DNA from: the human T2T-CHM13v2.0 reference genome, Homo sapiens
Direction: 5' to 3' (one strand)
Assembly (NCBI RefSeq): GCF_009914755.1
Contig: NC_060936.1
DNA length: 64,000 nt
In this document: piece by piece, positions 17,301 to 33,490 of the stretch
How the letters are laid out: every line of letters begins with the position of its first letter
Numbering within the stretch: position 1 is the stretch's first letter
Notes under the pieces: generated by a model
Database searches by the model: none
Told to the model about the DNA's origin: nothing
The model's input: the letters and a program-made list of their open reading frames with translations, nothing else
Position numbers and translations under genes: made by a program

Positions 17301-18699
17301 GTGGGATTTGGCACCTGACCTTTTGTTTGAATTCTTGAATGTATTCATTTTTGTATTTGAGATTTCCTGTTTTACTTTGGCTGGATGCTGATGGTTCAGG
17401 TGATTGTGAGTGGTGGGGAAGTGGTACTTGCTACACATGGGATATGCTGATAATTTGTCTTTGGGATGGTAGCCTCCATGTCTCTCCGGGGACATAGTGT
17501 CTATATAAGTTACTACCCTAGCTGCATTCACAAATGTGACTGCTGCCCTGGTTTAGCACTAGCATGGAAGAGAGAATGTCTGATGAACTTAACTGTTCAA
17601 ATACCAATTACATGAGTGAATTTTCATGTGATGATTCACACTGGCGTATCAGGTCTAAATTGAAAGTCTGTATTTGTATCGCCTTGTCTCTGTGTAAGTG
17701 AGGTACTTTTAACTAGTTTGACATTTATCCTTTTAGTCTTTAAAATATCACTTGCATGCCTGTATACATGTTTAGATTTTTGTGTGTTTTAAAATATAAT
17801 GGCATAAAACAGGAAACATTTATTGACTGCTTACAGTATCTAAGTACTTTCTATTTATTATGTCATTTAATTCCCATAACATTTCCATGAAGACAGACTT
17901 TGTTATTTCAGTTTCATAGATGATTTTACTGAGGTAAGGAGAAGATATATATTTTAGATAGATAACCAGGAAATAATAGGATTAATATTTAAAAAGGTAT
18001 GTCTGGTCCTGGTATTTGCACTATTAATTGCAAGAGTTCTGCTTTTTTGGTGTGCTTGATAATATTTCTCAGAGATTTTTTTTTTAATTCCTGGGATATT
18101 AAGGGCTTTTGTTTTTGTATTTTCTATGACAGTGCAGCACTAGGCATCCTGATATATTCCTTTGTAAAACATGTTGATACATTGTTAGATAGATACCTTA
18201 AAGGTCCTTTGCTGTGTCAAAATGATGCACAATTCCTGCTTGTTTGTCCTTAAAAATGGATGTGACAGTTAACTCTTCTGCTTATGGTACATAAGACCAC
18301 TCATTTCTGTATATTAATGCTAACCACAAGTAGTTGCCAATCTGATGTTTAAAAATGTATTTTCTCTTTCTGTTTTGTCTTTTTTTGATGATTAGGTTGA
18401 ATGCCTTTTCTTGTATATGTTGTTTTATGAATTGCCTGCTCACGTTTCTGTATTTTTTTTCCAACTGTTTGTCCTTTTCATTCACTAATAGATTTTCTTT
18501 TTTATTCTGAATACTAATCCTATATCACTATGCCATTTTTTCAAGTATTTCTCCTAACTTGTGGTTACTTGTAGTACTTTCTGTGCCTTTGAATATTTAT
18601 ATTATTTTATGTCTAGTGTCTTTGCTATTATGCTTAACTGCTATTTTGATAGATTTTCCACTATTTATTTCAAAATCCATTTCTTCCTTATTTGTTACG

Positions 18700-20399
<1,700 letters not shown>

Positions 20400-21384
20400 T
20401 GAATGTTTTCTTTATTGTATGTTCTGACTCCTGTTTGAGCTTTTACTGCTTTGCTCAGGATTTTCACAACGTATTGGATATAGTATGCATACCCTTTGTT
20501 TTGTGTTTAAGAGAAATGTCTGTGGTGTTTTATTACTATGGTGTTTTTTTGTGTTTAAGAGAAATATCTGTGGTATATTATTATGGAATTTCTTGTTAGT
20601 TTGAAGTGATCTTTATCAGCTAAAGGAATGATTTTTATGTTCTTAATTTTTATTTTTATCAGTGCTTAATTTTAATTTTTATCAGTGAATGAGTGTTGAA
20701 ACATTTAGTGTCTTTTCAATTTCTGTTAAGAAATGAGTTAATTTTTGTTTACCCCTTTTATATTGTCAATAAATTTCCTAATATGCTTTAAAAATTATTA
20801 GAGGTGTTTAAAATGGAAAAACAGTGCAGTTTAGGATAGAGATGTTAATCTCATCTTTTAGTAGTTAACCAGGAATATGAGGATAAAGGAATTAGAAGAA
20901 AATGTATAGTTTCTTGCCTCCTGGCCTTAATGATCTAACATAGTCACAGTCAGGCTCCACAAACTGCTCTTCTAGTCTCTCTAAGCACTGTTCTTTGCAC
21001 AGTATATTTATTGAATTGATTGTTGTGCTGTTAACAGTGAGGTGGCTGATCGAATTTTTTTCTGTTTACCAGTCAAATGGCTTCAGACTCTTTATGTCAA
21101 CAGTAGAAAAGATGATTAAAAATTTAGAAGAGAAATATGGTATTTGGAAATGCCAAAATAAGGTGCTAGATCTGCATTTGTGAACCCTCCAAAAGAGCTT
21201 AGTTATATGTACTTGGTGGCTTACTGCATTTATCACTGAATTTCCTTGGAATTTTTCTCCCCTGCTTCTCTCTCTCCACCTCCTCCTTTTTATTTTTTTT
21301 AATTCTGGAGGCTCTAGGCTCAGTTAAATATTTTCATGTGGCAGAGAGCCAGATTTCCAATAGCCCTGAACTCAGCATGCTGCT

Positions 21385-21397
21385 GTTGCTTAGCAAC
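21385..21397. promoter_or_regulatory. Palindromic RFX X-box-like site GTTGCTTAGCAAC
   Basis: Inverted GTTGCT/AGCAAC halves, close to the RFX consensus. Confidence 0.4.
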
Positions 21398-22916
21398 TAC
21401 TTGTGAAGTCTTGTGGCTATAACTGAATTATAAATAGGGTTATGAGCAGAAGTGCAATTGAAATTGAGATTGGAAAGAAAGGCATACTCTTTTTTCCCCC
21501 GTCTCACTTGAATTTGAGTGATTTTTTTTTTTAAATGCAGAGTCAGTTTTCAGAAATCTGGCTCATAAACATTGGTAATACTAACCCTATCAGGAAGACA
21601 ATATGGGCATCTTTGTAATTACACATTTGTAAGCTTTTTTTTTTTTTTTCCAGTGCTAAACAGTCTATAATGGAGACAAGGCAGTTCATGGAAACTAGAG
21701 AACAGAACTTCTAATTTTCATGGTCATACATGTAGAAAAATATCCATATATTGTATTACTGCTGTATTTATCTTCCACATTTACATTAAAATCTACATAC
21801 AGGAACACTTTATTAGATTATGTTCTTGTACTTTTCATCACATCATTTCTTTAGAGTGGCTTAAAAATTGTCCTATAATCATGACCACAGGCATTTGATG
21901 AATATTGAATACATGAGTAAATCAACCTATCTTTATTATTGCTTAAACAGTACATTTTTAAGTACACTTTATTAAAATGTTATCAGCAAAAAACCTGAAA
22001 GGTTCTTTAAGGTCTTCTGATTTAATTTCCTTATATTTCACATGGAAAGCTTTAGACCTAACGATGTTAAATGATTTGCCTAAGATCTGTCATACCCTGG
22101 TGTGTGTATGTATATTTGGTTTTTTTGCATTGGTCTCTCTTACTGTTACATATTTCACAACTCTCTTTTTTTTTGCACTCATATTTCATCAGTTTACACA
22201 AAATTTAAATTCTGTAATTTATTAAAAAATGTACAACTTAGTAACAAATACAACTTACATGAACAGGTTTAGTTGAGAGCAGAAGACCATGGGTATCAGT
22301 CAATAAATTTGTAGAATGGATGGAGACCACTGGCTTATTTTTTTATGATGATTAGGAGGTTAAGAGAGTTTCCAAAGTATAGAATTTTTGGTCAGAACTC
22401 TACAGATTTTTTTTCAGGTTCCAAAAGATGAAACTAAGTGGCAATTCTTGGTTTTGGGTAAAGAACTCTGTGCTTTCTTAAAATATATTAAACTTTTGTT
22501 AATCGCTTTTAACAGCCCATCCTATGAAACTAAGTCGATTGCAGACATTTGCCAGAAACAAGTAGATTGTATTCTTAGGCATTGTTGCTAGGAAAAATTT
22601 AGAGTGGAAATGTAATTTTTTCTTTTGCTGCCAGTGGAGGTGCTGGTTCATTCTTTGTTGTATGCCCAGTAGTAGAGATAGTAGAGATCTTGCTATCAAA
22701 AGTGTAAGTTTCTTTGAAAGGTTTAACTGAAGGAAGATGTAGAATTATAAATAGAATTGGCTGGAAAATTTGTGATAAAAAATAATTTTAATTAGATCTA
22801 CAAAGAGGGATAACCAGCAATCTTGCTCTGCTATAGAAGATAAATAGTTGGTACAAAGAGGAATTTGAATTTCCTCCATAATATGGAAGAGGATTTAGGG
22901 TCTTTTTTCTTTCATC

Positions 22917-23228
22917 TTTTTTTTTTTTTTTTTTTTTTTTTTGTGACAGGATCTCACTCTGTGGCCCAGGCTGAAGTGCAGTGGCACAATCATGGCTCAC
23001 TATGACCTTGACCTCTCAGGCTCAAGTGATCCTCCCACCTCAGCCTCCGGAGTAGCTGGGACCACAGGTGTGCACCACCACACCCTGCAAATTTTTAAAT
23101 TTTTTTTGTTGAGACAGGGTCTCACTATGTTATCCAGGCTCATCTTGAACTTCTGGTGCCTCAAGCAGTCTTCCCACCTCAGCCTCCCAAAGTGTTGGGA
23201 TTATAGGCGTGAGCCACTGCACCCAGAC
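22917..23228 (-). mobile_element. AluJ-like
   Basis: Antisense Alu with J-type features (ctcaagtgatcctcccacc). Confidence 0.88.
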
Positions 23229-23567
23229 ATCTCAGCTGCCACTTTAAACTCCTGTGGGTTTTTAGTAGGGCAGTTGGAAGAGAAGAGGAATAAGATAGAG
23301 ATCCAGGGTGAAGTTCCTGGAACTCTCTAAACTATTCTAAGGCATTTTAGTTGCTATACTAATTGTTCTAAGGTGCCTTGGTTATTCAGTTTCCCTCAAA
23401 TTTTGATTGGTATGTGATGTGTAACTGCTTTGAATAATGTTTTGCAAGCATCATGTCTTCTTGCTTTTCTTGAAACAAAACTGGCCAGTATGAGCAAAAA
23501 TTATTTTAAAAGCATTAAAACTAATTTAATAAAGAAAATGTGAAATTCCAAGACATGTTTAAAGTGA

Positions 23568-23908
<341 letters not shown>

Positions 23909-24175
23909 TGTAGTGCTTTATTAACAAAATCTGATATGTTTGTGATATACTCTTTTCACTAGTTGTGACTCATAGGTTTATTAATATTGCTTTCCTTGCA
24001 ATGAGGATAACAGTATAAGTTAAGAACTATTTTAAGATATTTTAGATATAAATATAATTGTAGTTAAATTTTGGATATCTGTTGCATATGAATGTAACAT
24101 TTAAAAAAAAAAAAAGTAAAATAAGCTAAGCTACTTTTCATGTAGACCAGTGTTTAAAATAACAGTATTTATGGG

Positions 24176-24401
24176 TTTTTTTTTTTTTTTTTGAGATGGA
24201 GTCTCGCTCTTTTGCCCAGGCTGTAGTGCAATGGCATGATCTCAGCTCACTGCCACCACGCCTGGCTGACTTTTTGTATTTTTAGTAGAGACAGGGTTTT
24301 ACCATCTTTCCCAGGCTGGTCTTGAACTCCTGACATTGTGATCCACCCACCTCAGCCTCCCAAAGTGCTAGGATTACAGGCGTGAGCCACCATGCCCGGA
24401 C
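24176..24401 (-). mobile_element. AluS with internal deletion
   Basis: ctcagctcactg joined directly to ccaccacgcctggct; about 70 bp of the right arm missing. Confidence 0.85.
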
Positions 24402-25625
24402 AGTGTTTTTAAAAGCTTGGTTAAATTTCATTTAAAAATCTAACCACTGTTAAATATTTGGTTAAAAAGAGCCTCAGTTGGTGGATTACTCGTATAATTT
24501 TTACCCTTCCTCCAATGGAGCTTTTGTTACTTAAAATGGTTCTGTGTTCCTATATGTTTTAAAGGCATTGTTTCTAATCTTTAGTTCATGATTAAAATAA
24601 GTCCTCTACATATAATTTTTATATTAAGTGTTTAGGCTTTCGTAGTGTCAAATATATGAATTCATTTTGCATTTTGGATAACAAGTAGTGACCAAAGAAA
24701 CATTTTAAAATTAATTTGTCATTTCATCAAAACACACTACTGGATGGTTTCATATAAGAAATGCATAGAACAAGTACATTAATAAATAGCATTGGTTTTA
24801 ACATGACTTGGCTGTCAAACCAGCCATTCATTTCAGCAACTGTAATTTAAATTCTTGAAATTAAAAGGTTTTTTTTTTCTTTTTGTTTTCTCTTTCTTAT
24901 TTATTTATCTATTTATTTTTTGGTTTGGTTTGGTTTGGTTATTTCCTACTGATCTGTAATCCTCTTCATGATGTTATATTAGACTATACATTGTTTGACA
25001 TCTTTAGGAATTAAAATCCACTCCATAATAAATTTGTACTATACAAAGAGACATGCCTATTAAGCATTATTAGGCTGGAAAGGTAGAATGATGAAATGCA
25101 TTCTGTTATCTGGGTAAAGGAGTAAGAAATTTCAAGTATTGTCAACTTTAACATTACTCCACTTTAGGCAAAGTTGAAAAATCAAAAATAGCGGTGTTGT
25201 ACAGATTATTTATGTGCATGGTTAACTTTTACTTGACACAATCTTAAGATAATTTGTTTTTCTAACTGATAGAAATTATTTTAACTTAATTGAGAAAATA
25301 ATTATTGAATGCCTACTGTGTATAAGACACTACTTTTTGTGGAAAGAAGTTTGTGTTAAAAAAAGTATAAGGCATACTTCCTACCTTATTTTGAAGTCTG
25401 CTTTGGTAAGTTATTTAAGCTTTGTATTTTTAATACATATTAAGCAGTTTTTTAACCAACAAATCTGATTGACTCATAAACTTGCAGAAAAAAAGTGCTA
25501 GGAAAAATGTAGTACTGTTTAGAATTTGAGATTTTAGAGAAACTTTAATGTATTAGGACTGTGATTCAAGTGTTTTATGATTCTCCTGTAAATAGAAAAA
25601 CACTTAAATATATAGATATTGATGT

Positions 25626-25626
<1 letters not shown>

Positions 25627-25656
<30 letters not shown>
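25627..25656. repeat. (CA)15 microsatellite
   Basis: Direct reading. Confidence 0.95.
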
Positions 25657-25658
<2 letters not shown>

Positions 25659-25887
25659 TATATATGGACAGTGGCATGTTTCTTGAAAGTGGCCCATTTA
25701 TTTAGCTTAACATTCATTTCTTTAATTGGCACCTAATAAGTAAAGGTGTCAAGTTAATATTTTAGGTGATGAAATGCAAGGCACATATTTTTTTCCAAGA
25801 AAATAGAGTGTTTTTGCTGGAAGTTTTGCTTTTATATTCGCATCTATTCTAAGATTCCTGCTAGCATATTGTTTCTATTTTTAGGCT

Positions 25888-26064
25888 GTTGCCAGGCAGA
25901 TTTAAAATTTCTTCTCTTATGGCTGTCTAATTTCTATCTTCCTGATTGGTTACATGATGCTGCTTTTATTAGCCAACCACAGTGACTATGCAAATTGTAT
26001 TTCAGTTTCTGTTGCTGTGAAAGAACTGATAAGATGGCTGCAGGGGGCTCCCTTTGGGGTATGT
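25888..26064 (+). promoter_or_regulatory. Promoter/first-exon cassette A
   Basis: GTTGCCAGGCAG (25888), CTGATTGG (25942), AGCCAAC (25971), ATGCAAAT (25988), TTCAGTT (26001), AAGATGGCTGC (ATG 26034), donor GGG|gtatgt (26058|26059). Confidence 0.7.
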
Positions 26065-27681
26065 TTTTTATTTTAAAGAGGGTTTTCATCAATATGTAGT
26101 AAGAAGCAAAGGTAGATTTCTTTTAAAGGGGCATTTTATTTTTGAAATGGGAAATCAAACTAAGCAAGCTTTATAAAAGGCTGAAAAATGACTCTCTTGT
26201 GTATTTGATTAATTTTAATGCTGCTCTGTTTTGCCTCTATTAGGCAACTTATAAATGGGTATATTTTATTACTTTTTGTATGTAAACATGCCAGCATGCT
26301 AGTTTACAAGTCTGTTAAAATGTTCTAGATTATTGTCTTTGCTTTCTAAAAGAATAGTTTTTTTCATGTAGGAATTATTTTAGATGTCAGTTACGTGTAC
26401 ATAGCGCATCATTCTTTTAGCCAATACTTAATTGTATTCTATGTGCTCAACACTACGTAGTTCACTAATATTATACTAGAATACTTCATATTCTTCTTCT
26501 TTTGTGAAATGACCTCAGAAGCACATCATCATGATATCAGCATATTTAAGATGTTTTCTAATATCAAAGCTTTGGACACTTAAAATGTATTAATTTTCCC
26601 TGAGATTTGACAGAGATTAAAATTTGAAAGAAGTAATAATTTTATACTAGATACTCGATAAAAATGTCAAAGTGTTCCATTAAACAATACATAAATGTAG
26701 TATTAGAGTCCATTTATAATAAAAATTTCTAAAAGGATACCTTCAGAGCATTGGCAAATACAGAGAATGGTGGCAGAACATGCCATGTGAATAAAAACAA
26801 TATTGATAAAATGTGACAAAGCCATATGTAACATCAGAAAGTTCAAGAAGTATACCTCATTTAAAAACATTTATCATCATTAATTACATATAAGGCCTTT
26901 TGGTTATAGTACCATTTTATAATAAAAGAGAATGTTTCTGTTTCACTTAAGACTTTCTAGTCTTTCTGGTAAAAGATAGTTAATTGAATTTTCCATATGC
27001 GGAAGACTTTATTAATATTTGCTCCTGGAGGGGTCACCTGTGTCATGCTTAGTACTGCTTTGTCTTTTGTTTTTTGTTTTTAAATATCTTGCGTGAGTAT
27101 TTTATGCCCATTACTGCAATCCTGCAAGATGAGCATACTGTAGAATTATGTACCATTTGGGACAGGGAAAAAGAGTAATGAGCTCATCCAAGATGAGGAC
27201 ATAAGAGAACAAGGCTGCTGCTATTTTACACATACTGCCTTTCACCACCAATATAATCACAGATACACTTGTTGGCCTAAAAATGTGAACGCTCTAAAGT
27301 ATAAACCAACACTCGGTTCTCTTGGTATAGTTGTTCTGTCCATGTTGGAAGTGTGACCCAGTAAAGGGGTTTAGGTTAAAAATAAATGAAAAACACTCAA
27401 CTGAAGTTCTGCTATTTTTTTTAAAATATCTAGTTTATTGAGATACAGTTCACATGTCATACAATTCATCTGTTTGAGTGTATAATTCAGTGGTTTTCAG
27501 CATATTCACAGTCGCATAATCACCACAATCAATGTTTGAACATTTATATTACCCTATAAAGAAATCCTGTACCCTTTAGCAGCCAACCGTTATTTCCTCC
27601 CAGGCCTCCAACCCTAGGCAATTGGTAAGCCACTTTCTGTCTGTATAGATATAGATTTGCCTATTCTGGACATTTCATATA

Positions 27682-28378
27682 CATTAGTCCCCCCTTCTCC
27701 ACAGTTTTCGTTTTCTGTGGTTTTAGCTGTCTGTAGTCAACCGTGGGTAATATTAAGTGGAAAAATTTCAGAAATAAATAATTCATAAGTTTTAAATTTG
27801 GCACTGTTCTAAGTAGTGTGATGAAATCTCATGCCATTCTCTTCTGTCCTACGTAGGATATGAACCATCCCTTTGTCCAGTATGTCCAGCATATCTACAC
27901 TGTAGACGCTACCCACCCATTAGTCATTTAGGAGATGTCTGGGTTATTAGATCTGTGCTGGTATCACAATGTTTGTCTTAAAGTCACCCTTATTTTATTT
28001 AGTAACAGCTTCAACGTGCAAGAGTAGTGATGCTGGCAATTTGGATATGCCAAAGAGAAGCTGTAAAGTGCTTCCTTTAAGTGAAAAGATTAAAATTTTT
28101 GACTTAATAAAGGAAAGAAAGAATCATATGCTGAGGTTTCTAAGATCTATAGTAAGAACTATCTTATACTTCTGTGAAACGAACAGTATATTGTTATAAT
28201 TGTTCTATTTTATTATTAGTTATTGTCAATCTCTTACTGTTCCTAATTTATAAGTTAAATGTATGTATGTATGTATGTATAGGAAAAAACGTAGTATATA
28301 TAAGGTTCAGTACTATCCAGTTTCAGGCATTCAGTGGGTGTTTGGGAATGTATCTTCTATGGATAAGGGGGAATACCG
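27682..28378 (+). mobile_element. MER44 (TcMar-Tigger) DNA transposon
   Basis: Degenerate TIRs cattagtccccccttctcc / ggataagggggaataccg with TA duplication (27680-81, 28379-80), splitting the host L1. Confidence 0.85.
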
Positions 28379-28923
28379 TAAATGGAATCATTCACTATGT
28401 GGCCTTTCGTGACTGGCTTCTCTCACTCAGCATGTTTTCAAAGTTAATGCATGTAGTAGCATGTACAGTACTTCATTCCGTTTATGGCTGAATGATACTC
28501 TATTGTATGGATATACCACATTTTATTTATCCATTCATTAGTCACAGGGCATTTAGGTTGTTTCCAGTTTTGGGCCATTATGCGTAGTGCTTCTATAAAG
28601 CATTTGTGTACAAGTTTTTGTGTGGACATATGTTTTCATTTCTCTTGGGTATATACCTAGGAATGGAATTGCTGGATCATATGGCAACTCTGTGTTTCAC
28701 ATATTGTGGAACTGCCTGTTTTCCAAAGCAGCTGCACCTTTTTGCAATCCCACCAGCATTGTTTGAAGGTTCCAATTTATCCATATCCTTGCCAATACTC
28801 ATTATTCTTGTTGATTATAGCTGTCCTGGTGTGTGTGAGATGTTATCTCATTGTGGTTTTGACTTGCATTTTGCTGATGACTAATGATGTTTACTGCCTA
28901 TGAACTATTGGCTTATAAAAGCC

Positions 28924-29082
28924 ATAGCATTAGGAGAAAAACCTAATGTAGGTGACGGGTTGACGGGTGCAGCAAACCACCATGGCACTTGTATACCTAT
29001 GTAACAAAACTGCACATTCTGCACATGTACCCCAGAACTTAAAGTATAATAATAATTTTAAAAAAAACAGAAAAAGAAAAAA
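28924..29082 (+). mobile_element. 5'-truncated L1PA 3' end (~160 bp)
   Basis: atagcattaggaga...cagaacttaaagtataat plus poly-A; TSD aaaagcc (28917-23 / 29083-89). Confidence 0.9.
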
Positions 29083-30245
29083 AAAAGCCTTTTTGTGGAA
29101 ATGCCTGTTAAGTCCTTTGCTCATTTTAAAATGGAGTTATTTGGTGTTTTATTATTGAATTGTAACAGTTTTTATATATTCAAGATACAAGTCTCGTATT
29201 GGGTATATGGTTTGCAAGTATTTTCGTCCATTGTGTGAATTGTCTTTTCACTTTCTTAGTGGTTTCCTTTGCAGCACGAACAGTTTTAATTTTGATGAAG
29301 TTCAGTTAAACTTTTTTTTTTTCCTTCTTCTTTTATTGCTTCTTCTCTTTGGGTCATATCTAAGAAACCATTGCCTGTTCCAAATTTATGAAGATTTTAT
29401 GTCTTTGTTTCCTTCTAAGATTTTAGTTTTAGCTCTTAAATTTAGGTCTTTCATTTATAGGAATTAATTTTTGTATAAGGCAAGAAATAGGACTCCAACT
29501 TCATTCTTTTGCATGTGGCTATCCAGTTTTTCCAACACTCTTTGTTCAAAATACTATTCTTTCCCCATTGAATGGTCTTGTAACCCTTGTCTAAGACAAT
29601 TTACTGTAAAAGTGAGGGTTTATTTCTGTTCCAAAATATATCCTAAGGATATACCTGTCATTTTACTGGTAGTATCACACTGTCTAGGTTATTGTAGCTT
29701 TGTAATAACTTTTAAAAATGCAAAGTATGAGTTCTCCAAGTTTATTTTTCTTCTTCAAGATTGTTTTGGTTGTTCTGGGACCCTTGCATTTTCATATTAA
29801 TTTTAGGATCAGCTTACCAGTGTCTGCAAAGAAAATAGCTAGGATTTTGATAGAGATTGTTTTGAACCTGTAGCTTAATTTGAAGAGTGTTGACATCTTA
29901 AGGATTTGAGTCTTTTGATTCATGAGTATGGAACGTCTTTTATTTATTTATGTCTTTAATTTATTCAATAGTATTTTATAGTTTTCAGAATATTAAGTTT
30001 TGTACTTCTTTGGCAAAATTAATTTTTGATATTACTCTAAATGAGATTGTTTTATTTTTGGATCATTTGTTTCAAGGGTATAGAAATGCAATAGATTTTT
30101 ATATGTTAATCTTATTATAGTGAACTTTGTTAAACTCTTATTCTAATAAATTTTTAGTTGATTTCTTACTATTTTCTATATACAAGATTTTGTTATCTGT
30201 AAATAAAAATAGTTCTTTCTTTTTTTTTTAAGTTGTATGACTTGT

Positions 30246-30541
30246 GGCTGGGTGTGGTGGCTCATGCCTGTAATCCCAGCACTTTGGGTGGCCGAGGCAG
30301 GTGGATCACCTAAGCTTGGCAGTTTGAGACCAGCCTGGCCAACATGGTGAAACCCCGTCTCTACTAAAAATACAAAAATTAGCCAGGCTTGGTGGTTCAC
30401 ACCTGTAATTCTAGCTACTCAGGAGGCTGAGGCATGAGAATCACTTGAACCCAGGAGGCGGAGGCTACAGTGATCTGAGATTGTGCCAGTGCACTGCAGC
30501 CTGGGTGACAGAGAGGGACCATGTCTCAAAAAACAAACAAA
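30246..30541 (+). mobile_element. AluS
   Basis: Sense Alu; TSD aagttgt(a/t)tgactt. Confidence 0.9.
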
Positions 30542-31881
30542 AAGTTGTTTGACTTTTATTTCATTTTCTTGCCTAATTCTCCTGGCTAGAACTTCTAGTT
30601 CAATGCTGACTAGAAATGGTGAGGGCAGATATCTTTTGTTCTGATCTTAGGGTGAAAGATTTCAGTCTTTGACCATTAAGTATGATAGCTGTGGGTTTTT
30701 CCTTGGTGCCCTTTATCAGGTTGAGGAAATCCTCTTCTATTCTTAGTTGGTTGAGTGAATTCTGCTCTTAATTGCTATGTTAAATTAAGGATGAGATAAT
30801 TTAATACTTAGAAAGCTGCTGGTAATACTCTTGTAGCTAATACATGAAGCAGTCAGCAGGCTGGTGAAATTGGGGAGGGAGTCTACTCTCAGGTCTCATT
30901 TACTGAGTAGATAGGTATTACCAGTGATCTTAAATGGCATCTCCATTTTCAAAGAGATAAAGAAGACAATTGCTGAACATTCTATTAAAATGGTACCAAA
31001 ACTTAAATGATGAAATGCATAAGAAGGGTTCCTGTGCTGAAGAAAACAACTTGGTACTGAATTGGGTGTCTGCTTTACCTTACCAAGTTAAAATTACTAT
31101 TTGTGTAATTATTGATAGTAATATAATTATTGATTTATTAATTCACATCATATGTAAAGTTGAAATTAATATAAATTATCACATAAACTAATGAGAAAAG
31201 GATATGTTTTGTTATAGTGACTCACATATATTATTCCTCGATAAGCATCAGTTTCTTTTTCTCCTTTCAAGGTGTGTAATAAAAGGGTTTTTTTTCAAGG
31301 TGTTAATAAAAGGCAGAATTTATAAGGCATGGTTGGGAATAATAAACATCAAATTCAAGATTATGCTTATCTTTGCATTTAGGAGTCAAGAATGGAGAAG
31401 AAGGAGTAAGCTGTTGTGTTGTACAGGGCACTTTATTTTTATTTCATAATAAAAAATTATATGTGTCAGTATAGCTAAAACTTGAGCTAGAATGGAACTT
31501 AGCAAGCATCTGCCCTAACTTCTTCAGTTTTACAGTTGAGGAAACTGAACTCCAGAGAGTTAAATTGATTTATTCTATGGTGGTTGTATACTAATGTTAG
31601 AACATGGAATAGAACCTAGTTTTGTTAGTTCAGAAGTCTTTTTGTTATGCCAAGCTTTTTAGAATATGTGTATTTTAAAGTGTGATAGTTTGCATGATAT
31701 TTTATAATTATACTTCTTTACAGCAAGAGGATTATATGTCCCTACCTTTTGCCATGTGACATGAGGTGTTTCCCCTTGGGAGGTTTTTTACTTCCCATGC
31801 CCTTAGTGACTTAATTTGGTTTTAGCCAATGGAATGTGAATGAAAGTAATGTACACCATGTCTAAGCAAAAGCTTTAAAAT

Positions 31882-32082
31882 AAGCTTGTCCTGCCGAGGG
31901 CCCACAGGCTGCATAGAGCCCAGGGCTGTTTTGAATGTAGCCAAACACAAATTTGTAAACTTTCTTAAAACATTATGAAATTTTGTTTTTCAGCTCATCT
32001 GCTATCGTTAACGTATTTTATGTGTGACCCAAGACAGTTCTTTCATTGTGGCCTAGAGAAGCCAAAAGTTTGGACACCCTAG
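31882..32082 (-). mobile_element. MER30 (hAT-Charlie) within an MLT1-like LTR relic (~31720-32270)
   Basis: aagcttgtcc...cacaaatttgtaaactttcttaaaacattatg...gccaaaagtttggacaccc. Confidence 0.8.
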
Positions 32083-32447
32083 CTAAAAGCTATTGTATAC
32101 TGTATATCTCTGTCATATTGGTCTTTTACCTCTGCCACAAGGCCTAGATGGGGTGAGGGGGTGCTGTTCCTTCAGCCTGGTGTCCTAGAATAATGAAAAA
32201 GTATACAGTTATTAGCCAGTGAAATTTTATTGTTGTTGCTGCATTATCATCTAGTAAAAGGTGACTGACACAGAAAGTTAGCTGTCCAGCTTTTCTCTTT
32301 AGGTTGGGTTAATAAGAAAAGTAAGAGTTATTTCCAGGCATTTGAAGGATTTACATCTTTCAGCTCCTCATACCTCATTCTGGGTGTTTTACTTCACCCA
32401 AGCAAAATGTGAAAAGTACGTTTGGACAAATGATTTCTACTGCTGGT

Positions 32448-32581
32448 TATTTATTTATTTTTTTAATGAGACCTGGTCTTGCTGTGCTGCCCAGGTTGGT
32501 CTCTACCCTTTAGGCTCAAGCAGTCCACTGCCTCAGCCTCCCAAGTAGCTGAGATTACAAGTATGTGCCACTGCGCCCAGC
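32448..32581 (-). mobile_element. Alu monomer (FLAM-like)
   Basis: ~130-bp single arm; TSD tggacaaatgatttct. Confidence 0.85.
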
Positions 32582-33289
32582 TCTGGACAAATGATTTCTT
32601 AAATGCCTGTGGAGATAAATACAAGACCTTCTGTAACTTCACTCCTTATCTGCATAGGGATAGTAGAGTTTGGCAAGCTAGTGAGTAGGGCCTTGATGGA
32701 AAATTGGCCAATTTTCTAAGGGGGTGTAATTTGCTCTATGTATTCTAAAATGGCATTTGTTGGATCAGGTCATTTAATTTTATTTTGCCCATGTAACACA
32801 ATGATCCCAAAAATTGACTTGGAGAAGTAATTTTAAGGTATCTTATGTTTTTATCATGTGGACCATTCCAAAATTTCTGAAAACATAGCACTGAATGCAA
32901 CAAGAAGTTAGATTGTAGTGACAGTTCTGGCTTTGATGTAACCAAACTTTTAAGGACATGATTTACTCCTGCCTTGTCTGGGGAATTGTTGGTAACCTTG
33001 TCTAGGGAATTGTTGGTAAAGCAAACTCCCAATTTCCTTTGTGGTTGGTTATTTTTTACAATTTAGTTTGGGGATATTGCATTCCACATTTTGGTCGGTG
33101 ACAGGCAGAGGGGTTAATTTGTGAAAGTGTCAAATATTATGATCACTTGATAACTTACTCAACTGAGTTTATGAGTATTTGATAAACAGATTTCACCACT
33201 TACTGTTTTTTTTTTTTTTTTTAAGATGGCAGGATAGCTAGTGACAGTTATTTTATACCAGTTAAGAGAACCGTAGCTGACAATGCAAC

Positions 33290-33490
33290 AGTGTAACATC
33301 TGTTTACATAGCCTTTATGTTATACTGGGTATTATAGGTAATTTAAAGATAATTTAAAGTATACAGCAATATGTGCATAGGTTATATGCAAATACTACAC
33401 TACTTTATATAAGGGACTTGAACATTGTCAGATTTTGTTATCTGTAGGGAGTCCTGGGACCAGTCTCCCACAAATACTGATGGACATGGT
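33290..33490. mobile_element. MER2/Tigger-type DNA transposon fragment
   Basis: tgtgcataggttatatgcaaatactacac...ataagggacttga motif. Confidence 0.7.

Larger units (their letters stand above)
27430..30760 (-). mobile_element. L1M(B-like) 3' end and ORF2 remnant, interrupted by MER44, an L1PA fragment and an Alu
   Basis: Typical antisense L1M 3'UTR (atttgcctattctggacatttcata...aatggaatcat) continuing into ORF2-like sequence. Confidence 0.85.

Noticed and set aside
26034-26050. CTCF-like match GCTGCAGGGGGCTC in cassette A (Pcdh-style CTCF control)
   Set aside because: The GGG core is precisely the part not conserved in B and D, so it cannot be the family's shared signal.
33223-33232. AAGATGGC YY1-like motif as another cassette
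   Set aside because: Lacks GCTCCCT, the donor and the upstream CTGATTGG; sits after a poly-T beside a Tigger/MER2 relic.
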